64,000 nucleotides of DNA from Patescibacteria group bacterium. GTDB lineage: Bacteria; Pseudomonadota; Alphaproteobacteria; Micavibrionales; UBA2020. The stretch is from NCBI GenBank assembly GCA_035626855.1, contig DASPMW010000109.1, forward strand, positions 895 to 64,894, given 5' to 3'. A model generated the notes under the pieces. That model was not told the origin of the DNA. It was given only the letters and a program-made list of their open reading frames with translations, and searched no databases. Of the stretch, positions 25,802 through 34,353 are shown one piece after another; positions within the stretch are counted from its first letter, which is position 1, and every line of letters begins with the position of its first letter. A program made the position numbers and the translations under genes.

Positions 25802-26226
25802 GCGCCCAGCTTCTGCCGCGGCCGGAAGCGCGCGGTCACCGGCGCCGCGATCGGCTGCGGCTGGCTTGCCGCAGTTGCGAGATCATGTGTTTCCTCCAGC
25901 GCCTGGCGCATGGGCCCGCCCATCCACTGGAAGGACTTGAGGACATCTTCCCACTGCTCGAAAAGCCCGGGGCGGCCGGCATCGGCCAGCGCGCGGACTT
26001 GGTTGGCCGGGGCGACCACATAGTCGAGGGCGTCATCGAGCGATGCGGATTTTCCGCCGATAGTGCCGTAGCTGCCCTTCTGCACAAGGGTGCTCAGGTC
26101 GCTGAACCGCTGCGCCGACTGCGCGTAGAGGGTTTTTGCATCGGGATCCGTCGATTTGTCTGCGGAGGCATTAAAAAGGGCCTGAAAGCGCTCAACCCGC
26201 CACCATTCGATCTCTTTTCCAGCCAT
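25798..26226 (-). CDS. Orphan paralog A (142 aa from ATG 26226)
   Basis: FSDLSTLVQKGSYGTIGGKSASLDDAL... with the C-terminus PIAAPVTARFRPRQKLGA. I prefer the ATG at 26224-26226 (GGGGGGA 6-7 nt upstream) to the TTG at 26244. Confidence 0.6.
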   Translation of the reverse strand: MAGKEIEWWRVERFQALFNASADKSTDPDAKTLYAQSAQRFSDLSTLVQKGSYGTIGGKSASLDDALDYVVAPANQVRALADAGRPGLFEQWEDVLKSFQWMGGPMRQALEETHDLATAASQPQPIAAPVTARFRPRQKLGA

Positions 26227-26303
26227 GCGATTCCCCCCTAACAAAGGCAGGTACAGTATAGCCGGTTATGTAAACTTGTCAAACGGGCGGGAATTGTGAA
26301 ATA

Positions 26304-26492
26304 TTATTTCACGATCTTCAGTTCGGTCTTGGCGAGGAATTTAAACACGCCTTCAAGCGATTCCTGGTACTCCTCCCACCGCTTTTGCTGGTCGGCGCGG
26401 GGCAGCCCGGCGATGTCGGGCCGGGCGAGGAAGGTTTCGCAGATCGTGTGCTCGCCGAAATATTCGCAGGCCCGGGCGGTGGAGCGCTTCAT
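26304..26492 (-). CDS. Hypothetical 62-aa protein
   Basis: MKRSTARACEYFGEHTICETFLARPDIAGLPRADQQKRWEEYQESLEGVFKFLAKTELKIVK. Third-position GC is high, and the start lies 11 nt after the stop of the membrane-protein gene. Confidence 0.5.
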   Translation of the reverse strand: MKRSTARACEYFGEHTICETFLARPDIAGLPRADQQKRWEEYQESLEGVFKFLAKTELKIVK

Positions 26493-26503
26493 GGAATGGA
26501 TCC

Positions 26504-27622
26504 TTACGGTGCCGCGATTTTCGGCGGGCGGTTGCCATGCTCGGGTGGGTTGATCGCCTCCGCCGCAGGCTGCTGGTTTTCGTTCGCGGGCGCAGGCGGC
26601 ACGATTTTCGCCTTCATCGCGAAGACCTGCTGCAGGTCGACCTTGTCGAGATCGGCAGGCGCCACTTCCGGCCCCGGGATGCGCTCGTTGTTGTTGGTCG
26701 CGACCTGCACGCTGGTCTTGGCGACCGGCGTTGCGGCATTGGTGACCGTGACGGGTACGGGCACGGGCGCTGCGACGACTTCCGGCTTCTTGCCGAAGCC
26801 GAACAGCTTGAGCGGCGCGGTCACGATATTCTTGAAGATCTGCTTCGCGCCGCCCGGAGTGATGCGGCGTTCCATTTCCGCGAGCACGACCGCATTCAGC
26901 AGATGCGCGCCGGCGATAAGCCCGTGGCCGTTCGCCTGGCCGATGCCGGCGAACACGCCCGCGGCGCCCGCGGTTATCAGTTTCGGATGCGCGTTGTATT
27001 CCGGCTTGCCCTGGATCGAGTTCTTCACGCCGAGCGCAAATGCGACCGCAACGACGGGCAGGATGAACAGCGCCGCGCCGCCCGCCATCAGCCCCGCGAG
27101 CGCGAAGCCGGCGTTCAGGTAGATGTCGGGGCGCTTGAAGATCGTCGTGACGATATCGACCGCCTTGGCAAAGCCCTTCTTCGGCTCGGCCGGCTTCTTG
27201 TCTTTTTCGTCGGCGATATGTTTCTTGGAAATGCTTTCGGCGAGGCGGAAATTCGCGACCGCGAAAAGAAGGCTGGCAGCGGCGGGCAGCCAGGCGCCCG
27301 TGGCGACCGTCGCGCCCGTCACGACGAGCAGCGCGAGGCCCCCGGCGCGCAGCGGCGTGCGGTCATCAAAAATGGCTTTCTTCACGCGCGGGTGCTTGTC
27401 GAGCCAGGTCGGCTGCAGCACGGCCGCCGTCTTGAGGGTCGCGGCGATGCCCGTCGCCGTCAGCATCGCGCCGAGGCCGACCGGGTTGGTGCCGGCGAAC
27501 ATCAATACATCTGCGGTGGTGTAGGCGATGCCCGGGTCGAGCACCACATGCTTGGTCAGTGCGCCGGGGATTTCCCAGCCGGTTGCCTTCGGTATTTCCT
27601 GCTTCGGTCCGGTCGTTCCCAT
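26504..27622 (-). CDS. Polytopic Gly/Ala-rich membrane protein with Pro-rich C-terminal tail (orphan)
   Basis: 372 aa with about six hydrophobic segments (for example GLALLVVTGATVATGAWLPAAASLLFAV, FALAGLMAGGAALFILPVVAVAFALGV). The C-terminal third is low-complexity (PVPVPVTVTNAATPVAKT...PPAPANENQQPAAEAINPPEHGNRPPKIAAP). It is the first gene of the minus-strand cluster. Confidence 0.6.
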   Translation of the reverse strand: MGTTGPKQEIPKATGWEIPGALTKHVVLDPGIAYTTADVLMFAGTNPVGLGAMLTATGIAATLKTAAVLQPTWLDKHPRVKKAIFDDRTPLRAGGLALLVVTGATVATGAWLPAAASLLFAVANFRLAESISKKHIADEKDKKPAEPKKGFAKAVDIVTTIFKRPDIYLNAGFALAGLMAGGAALFILPVVAVAFALGVKNSIQGKPEYNAHPKLITAGAAGVFAGIGQANGHGLIAGAHLLNAVVLAEMERRITPGGAKQIFKNIVTAPLKLFGFGKKPEVVAAPVPVPVTVTNAATPVAKTSVQVATNNNERIPGPEVAPADLDKVDLQQVFAMKAKIVPPAPANENQQPAAEAINPPEHGNRPPKIAAP

Positions 27623-27840
27623 TCTTTAGATCGCTCCTGTGGATGGGGGTGCTCAGATGCCACTCGATTCTATACCGTTGAACCGATAGTTTGGACAGCG
27701 GTTTCCGCGCAATTTAATTAAATTAATTATGTAAATGCTCTTCGCTCAGTTATTTCAAGCATCTATACACCGTTTACTTATGCTCATTTGGAGAAAATTT
27801 TTCTGAAAACGATCTGTACGGCTCAAGGATCTGGTGTGAA

Positions 27841-28525
27841 TCAGCGCCAAGCCAGCAGCTCCCGCCCCTCGCGGCGCAGCCAGGCGCGGCATTCCCGTGA
27901 CTTGGGCGCAAGGGTGACGCAAACCCGCCAGAACTGGCGGCTATGGTCCATATGGACGCGGTGGGCGACCTCATGCGCGACCACATAATCCATGACCGCA
28001 TAGGGGGCGAGGATCAAGCGCCAGGAATACATGATCCGGCCGCCCGGCGCGCAGGAGCCCCAGCGCGATTTCGGGTCGAGGATGCGGACGCTCGCGTTTT
28101 TGAGGCCGAGCGACGCGGATTTTTCCTGCGTCAGTCTGGTCAGCGTGTCGAGGGCCACACCCTTCAGGAAATCTTTCACGCGTCGCGCGACGTGCTCCGG
28201 CTGGCCGTGGACGATCAGGCGGTCGTCTTCAAACCGCGTCAGCCCGCGACCTGCCGCATGAACGATCGTATAATTTTTTCCGCCAACCGGCACGACCGCC
28301 CCCGGCGCGAAAATTTTCGGCGCGACCGCCTGCGATTTCTGCTGCGCGATCCAGCCGCGGTTATCCTCGATGAATTTCAGCGCGCGGTCTGGCGTCAGGC
28401 GCGATTTCAGCGGCCAGGTGAAAACGACATCGCCCGTGCGCGCCTCGACCCGCAAGCCCATGCGCTTCGCCCGCGCGGAGGGCCTGACGCGCAAGCCGCC
28501 GATTTCAAGCGGGATCGTCGCCGCC

Positions 28526-28554
<29 letters not shown>
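27841..28554 (-). CDS. YgjP/DUF45-family zinc metallohydrolase (M48-like)
   Basis: 237 aa. WGSCAPGGRIMYSWRLILAPYAVMDYVVAHEVAHRVHMDHSRQFW contains the HExxH motif in the typical DUF45 context. Confidence 0.8.
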
Positions 28555-30064
<1,510 letters not shown>

Positions 30065-30188
30065 GGCTTTTCCTTAACCTTGGTATTTGTTGAAACACAT
30101 ATTAGTCAGCGTGGGGGCCGTTTTCCAGCCTAATGTCGCGGCTGCGGTGTGTAATCCGTATGTTTTTCACTCTCGATAAAATTCCTTT

Positions 30189-30998
30189 CTAATTATTAGC
30201 TACATCTTCCAAATATTTGTCTTCAAGCTCTTCCAAACTCTTAAATTCGTAGCGCACATGATATTTGGAAGTTTGAAGAGTCTCGGAAATTTTGTTCTTT
30301 ATCGCGGAAACAATAGCGGGAGTTCCATCAGCAACAAGGAAAAGTAAGTAATCTCTATTGCGAGTACCCCCCATCTCCATCATATCCACAAGCTGGCGAC
30401 TTTGATCCGCTTTAGCCAAGACATTATCAATTTGGCTCTTGTCGCTGATCAGCTTAACTTCAATATGAATTCTGTCCTTAGAATTAGGCTTGCTGACAAC
30501 AAAATCGTAACCGGAATCTAGTTGAACGCTTCTTCTCGCAAAGTCTTCGCGAACATTCTCATACCCATATGTATCTTTCAGATATTCCGAAAGTAATGCT
30601 TGGGCCAAGTATTCTTTCCCAATAAATTGCGCTACCGCATTTGCTCTAGCTCGTACGGTGGGGGGATTAGACGATGCGCCAGTATTGCTTAGCGAAGGAT
30701 CGAAATCCTCCATGTTTTCTAGAAGGCTACCCTTTTTATAAGTATTAAATCCTTCATCCGTTCTAAAATCCTGAGGGCCATAAATTTTGCCGGGGTGTTT
30801 AGTAACGAGTTTAAAAAAAACGTGCAGCAGCAAAATTGGGTAGCCAATCAAAAACAGTATAAGCATCGACTGCAGGCAAATATGAAGTTGGGAAAGGCTA
30901 TCTTTTAGGACATAACCGTAAATCGCATAAATAAGCGTAATGAAAAGGCCGACTACTCCTAACGGGCCCTTAATTACCTTTAGATCTGAACTGAACAT
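30189..30998 (-). CDS. Membrane-anchored orphan protein with PD-(D/E)xK-like motif, in an AT-rich insert
   Basis: The ATG at 30996-30998 (MFSSDLKVIKGPLGVVGLFITLIYAIYGYVL...) lies 1 nt after the Trm112 stop, with GGAGG inside the Trm112 3' end. It has two or three N-terminal TM helices, and the C-terminal domain carries GYDFVVSKPNSKDRIHIEVKL (D...ExK). The DNA is clearly AT-rich relative to its flanks. Confidence 0.55.
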   Translation of the reverse strand: MFSSDLKVIKGPLGVVGLFITLIYAIYGYVLKDSLSQLHICLQSMLILFLIGYPILLLHVFFKLVTKHPGKIYGPQDFRTDEGFNTYKKGSLLENMEDFDPSLSNTGASSNPPTVRARANAVAQFIGKEYLAQALLSEYLKDTYGYENVREDFARRSVQLDSGYDFVVSKPNSKDRIHIEVKLISDKSQIDNVLAKADQSRQLVDMMEMGGTRNRDYLLFLVADGTPAIVSAIKNKISETLQTSKYHVRYEFKSLEELEDKYLEDVANN

Positions 30999-30999
30999 T

Positions 31000-31188
31000 C
31001 TAATCCTCCAGCTTCCGGGCCTCATCCACCAGCATGATCGGAATCCCCTCGCGGATCGGGAAGGCGAGCTTTGCCTGGCGGCTGATCAGCTCCTGCTTCG
31101 CCGCGTCATATTCCAGCGGCGCCTTGGTCAGCGGGCAGACGAGGATTTCGAGCAGCTTCGGGTCGGCGAATTTCGCGGGTCCGGTCAT
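31000..31188 (-). CDS. Trm112/YcaR-family small zinc-ribbon-like protein
   Basis: 62 aa. [47 protein letters not shown] is the UPF0434/Trm112 pattern. Confidence 0.8.
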   Translation of the reverse strand: MTGPAKFADPKLLEILVCPLTKAPLEYDAAKQELISRQAKLAFPIREGIPIMLVDEARKLED

Positions 31189-31198
31189 GGGGTCACCT

Positions 31199-31864
31199 TC
31201 AATGGCACGACGCCTTGCATTCTTCTTCCTCCTTCGCCGCGATCTCCAGCAGCGCGTGGAGGATTTTCGCGCGGGCGGGGAGGTCGGGGGCTTCGAGGAG
31301 GGCTTGTTTTTCTTCGGTTGAGAACGGGCAGACGACGCTCAAAGTCGAGATCAGCTTTTCGCATTCGATGTTGCGGATGGTTTCCCATTTGTCGCAGAAC
31401 ATCTGCATTTTATCGAGGTATTGGCGCAGCGTAGTCATCATCGTGTCGCGGCAGATATCGGTCGTCGTGTCGCAGGCGAGGTCGTGATGATACTGCTGCC
31501 ATGTTGCCTTGACGCGGCGGTAGCCGCCCGCGGCCAGCGGCAGTTCCTGCGCGACGTCGAAGCGGCAGACGCCCTTCAGCGTAATGAGGTAGCGGCCGTC
31601 TTCAGTCTCTGAAAAGGACGTAATGCGCCCCGCGCAGCCGGTCGTGAAGGTTTGGTCATTCGCGCCGTCGGCGGCATCGGGCTTCGGCTGGATCATGCCG
31701 ATCAGCCGGCCGTTGCTCATCGCGTGGTTGACCATGGCAAGATAGCGCGGCTCGAAGATATTGAGCGGCAGCTGCACGCGCGGCAGCAGGATCACGCGCG
31801 GCAAGGGAAATATAACCAGTTCTTCGGGCAGGTTTTCGACGCTGATCGGGAAGGCTTCGGTCAT
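31199..31864 (-). CDS. LON N-terminal (substrate-binding) domain protein
   Basis: 221 aa. [30 protein letters not shown] is the typical LON-N domain start. Confidence 0.8.
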   Translation of the reverse strand: MTEAFPISVENLPEELVIFPLPRVILLPRVQLPLNIFEPRYLAMVNHAMSNGRLIGMIQPKPDAADGANDQTFTTGCAGRITSFSETEDGRYLITLKGVCRFDVAQELPLAAGGYRRVKATWQQYHHDLACDTTTDICRDTMMTTLRQYLDKMQMFCDKWETIRNIECEKLISTLSVVCPFSTEEKQALLEAPDLPARAKILHALLEIAAKEEEECKASCH

Positions 31865-32802
31865 GAGAAGAGAACCGCGGAGAGCCGGCGGCGCCCTTGC
31901 GAGGTAAGCGGATGATCATTACCGAGCGCCTCGAACAGCTCCAGCAGCAGTTTGCGCGCCTTCTGCTCCTGCCATTCGCGGTCACGGCGGGTCAGCTCGA
32001 CGATGCTGTCGATCGCGCCTTCGAGATCAAGCGCGGAGAGCTGACGGAGCGCAAGGTCATAGCGCGCCTGGTGATCCTTGGGATTTTTTTCGAGCTTCGC
32101 CTGCAGCGCCTCGGCGGTGTCAAGCGCTTCGGCCTCCGCGCCTTTTTTCAGCAGCATGTCGAGGCCCTTGATGCGCGCATAGGCTTTCTGCTCATCGGTC
32201 ATTTCACCGACGAAGGCCTTGAAGCTTTCATGATCTTTTTCGGCGACGAAGCACCAGCCGATGCCGGCCAGCGCGTCCATGTTTTTCTCGTCGTAGTCGA
32301 GCGCGGTCGAATACTGCGCCATTGCGTCGGTGTAATTTCCGGCCTTGAAATGGGTCTGCGCGGCCGTCATGATTTTTGCGACCAGCTGCGGGTCGGGCAT
32401 GCCGGCGGTCGCGTCATTCGCAGCCGCGCCGTGCGCCTTGATCAGCTTGTCGACAAAGGCGCGCAGGTCTTTTTCCGCTTTCGCGCCGGTGAAGCCGTCG
32501 ACCGGCTGGCCCTGATAGAAGGCATAGACGGTCGGCACGCTCTGCACCCGGAACAGCTCGGCCATTTCGGGATATTTTTCGACGTTGATTTTGACGAGGG
32601 TGACGGCGCCGGCCGCTTCGGTCACGACCTTTTCGATGCTCGGCATCATCTGCTTGCAGGGGCCGCACCAGGGGGCCCAGAAATCGACAAGCACGGGATT
32701 TTTGAGGGAGGCCGTAACGACCAGCTCTTCGAAATTGCCGGTATCGGCATCGCGGATATAGGCGCTTGGCGCGCTCTTCGCTTGCGATCCTATTTCCAGC
32801 AT
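31861..32802 (-). CDS. Thioredoxin-domain protein with C-terminal TPR-like region (YbbN-like co-chaperone)
   Basis: 313 aa. VLVDFWAPWCGPCKQMMP is the active-site motif, followed by a helical-repeat C-terminal half. Confidence 0.85.
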   Translation of the reverse strand: MLEIGSQAKSAPSAYIRDADTGNFEELVVTASLKNPVLVDFWAPWCGPCKQMMPSIEKVVTEAAGAVTLVKINVEKYPEMAELFRVQSVPTVYAFYQGQPVDGFTGAKAEKDLRAFVDKLIKAHGAAANDATAGMPDPQLVAKIMTAAQTHFKAGNYTDAMAQYSTALDYDEKNMDALAGIGWCFVAEKDHESFKAFVGEMTDEQKAYARIKGLDMLLKKGAEAEALDTAEALQAKLEKNPKDHQARYDLALRQLSALDLEGAIDSIVELTRRDREWQEQKARKLLLELFEALGNDHPLTSQGRRRLSAVLFS

Positions 32803-32842
32803 AACTGCCCTTCAGCCTTCCGTTTATCCACTATCAGATAGT

Positions 32843-33361
32843 TTATAGTCTGGTGAAATCAACAATCAACGGGTCATAACCCAAAGATTTCATGAATTTA
32901 ACCAGATCATCGGGTTTCAGCGCGGTCGTCATGTCGTTCCGCAACGGATGACAATTGACTAGATCATGGTTAAAGATCCGTTGGTCGAGGATGGGGCGGA
33001 CCTGTCGGCCGGTATCGTTAACAAGCCCGAGCGCCGTCACCGAGCCCGGCGTGATGCCGAGCAGCGCCTGCATCAGTTCGGCATTCCCGAAACTCAAGCG
33101 CCCGGCATTGATGCGGGCGGGCAGCTTTTTCAGGTCGATTTCCGTATCCTGCAGCGCCGTGATCAGCCAGACGACGTCCTTTTTATCCTTCAAAAACAAA
33201 TTCTTGGTATGCCCGCCCGGCATTTCATGCTTGAACCCCGCGCCCTGCTCGACTGTGAATACGGCCGGATGCTCATAGGTCTGCGTCACGATCCCGAGTT
33301 CGCTGAATTTCGCAAACAGCGGGTCGGGCGTCTGGATGGATTTCAGCAGGGCGTTGGTCAT
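32843..33361 (-). CDS. YbaK/ProX-type aminoacyl-tRNA editing domain protein
   Basis: 172 aa. GGHTKNLFLKDKKD..., GITPGSVTALG, and the general ProX layout. Confidence 0.7.
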   Translation of the reverse strand: MTNALLKSIQTPDPLFAKFSELGIVTQTYEHPAVFTVEQGAGFKHEMPGGHTKNLFLKDKKDVVWLITALQDTEIDLKKLPARINAGRLSFGNAELMQALLGITPGSVTALGLVNDTGRQVRPILDQRIFNHDLVNCHPLRNDMTTALKPDDLVKFMKSLGYDPLIVDFTRL

Positions 33362-33398
33362 AAGGGGTTTTTAGTCGCTTTTGCAATTTCTCTCAACT

Positions 33399-33472
33399 GT
33401 CATCCTGAGCTAGCGAAGGATCTTCCTTGTTCGCCGCAAGAAGGGAGATCCTTCGCTGCGCTCAGGATGACA
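33399..33472. repeat. GC-rich palindromic intergenic element (long hairpin)
   Basis: TGTCATCCTGAGCTAGCGAAGGATCT...AGATCCTTCGCTGCGCTCAGGATGACA has arms of about 27 nt that pair almost perfectly. It gives the AALRMT / CAQDDT-type peptides in the spurious ORFs across it. Confidence 0.7.
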
Positions 33473-33477
33473 CGTTC

Positions 33478-34302
33478 CTATTTAGGCCTGAACCGGATAT
33501 AGCTGCGGTCGTCGAAGGAGACGTGCCCTTTTTTGACGCCCTTTACCTGCGGGTGGATTTTGTACATCAGCGGGTCGTCGCGCAGCACGGAGTTCAAATA
33601 GCGCTCGGTTTCCGCGAGCGTCGGCTCGACCTCGGGGTACCCGTCGCTGGCGAAGATGATTTCATTGGCGTGGCCGGCCGGATAGACTTCGACATGCACA
33701 TCCGGCACCTTGGTGCCATTGATCACGCCATAGCCATAGGGGCCTTCGTAGTTGGCGAAGACCTTGCATTCGGAAATGAGCGGCGTCAGCAGCTCCCAGG
33801 TCGGGTCGTTTTCCTGCAGTTCTTTTTCCGACTTGCCGCGCGCGATTTCGGCGCAGAGATAGGCGCGCCGCAGTTCGCACCAGGTTCTTTCCTGTGGAAA
33901 GGTCGTGAAGTGGCCGCGGCCATCGACGACGAAGGATGAATCGGCGACGCGCCAGATTTCGCGACGCGCAACGGAATAGACCAGCAGGGCCGCCGCCGGG
34001 AAATCCCAGATCTCGCGGAATTGCTTTTTCTCGGAGGCCGCGACGCGCTCGGCCTCGGTCAGCAGGATTTCGGTGAGGCGGTCGACCGCGCCGCGCGCGG
34101 AGATATCCCTGTCCAGGTTTTCAAGCGCATTTGCAATCGTGCGGGAAGCGAACTGGCCGTTCGGCAGCCCGTCGAGCGTATGCCCGGCGCGGCTGGTCGC
34201 GCCGTCGATGACGGCGATGAAATTTTCGGACACCGCGATGAAGTCGTCATTCAGGTCGCCGGGACCTGCCTTGCCCTCTGTGAACTGCTCGATGATTTTC
34301 AT
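33478..34302 (-). CDS. Hypothetical protein, possible PP2C-like phosphatase fold
   Basis: 274 aa. N-terminal DDFIAVSENFIAVIDGATS and C-terminal EIIFASDGY resemble the first and last metal-binding motifs of PP2C/SpoIIE-type phosphatases. This is a weak, motif-level call. Confidence 0.4.
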   Translation of the reverse strand: MKIIEQFTEGKAGPGDLNDDFIAVSENFIAVIDGATSRAGHTLDGLPNGQFASRTIANALENLDRDISARGAVDRLTEILLTEAERVAASEKKQFREIWDFPAAALLVYSVARREIWRVADSSFVVDGRGHFTTFPQERTWCELRRAYLCAEIARGKSEKELQENDPTWELLTPLISECKVFANYEGPYGYGVINGTKVPDVHVEVYPAGHANEIIFASDGYPEVEPTLAETERYLNSVLRDDPLMYKIHPQVKGVKKGHVSFDDRSYIRFRPK

Positions 34303-34353
34303 GGCATCCCTTTCCGCAAAAGCTGGCAGTATAGCAGGGGAATCGTTAAAAAA

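Noticed and set aside
26385-27721. + strand ORFs (245 and 394 aa) opposite the membrane-protein gene.
   Set aside because: The translations are Arg/Gly/Asp-rich or Ala/Gly/Cys-rich with no structure. The minus frame gives clean TM segments and is followed by tightly coupled genes on the same strand.
31202-31217. Sigma-54-like TGGCACGACGCCTTGC on the + strand.
   Set aside because: The GG-GC spacing is 11 nt rather than 10. It lies at the 3' end of a minus-strand gene, with nothing downstream on the + strand to transcribe.
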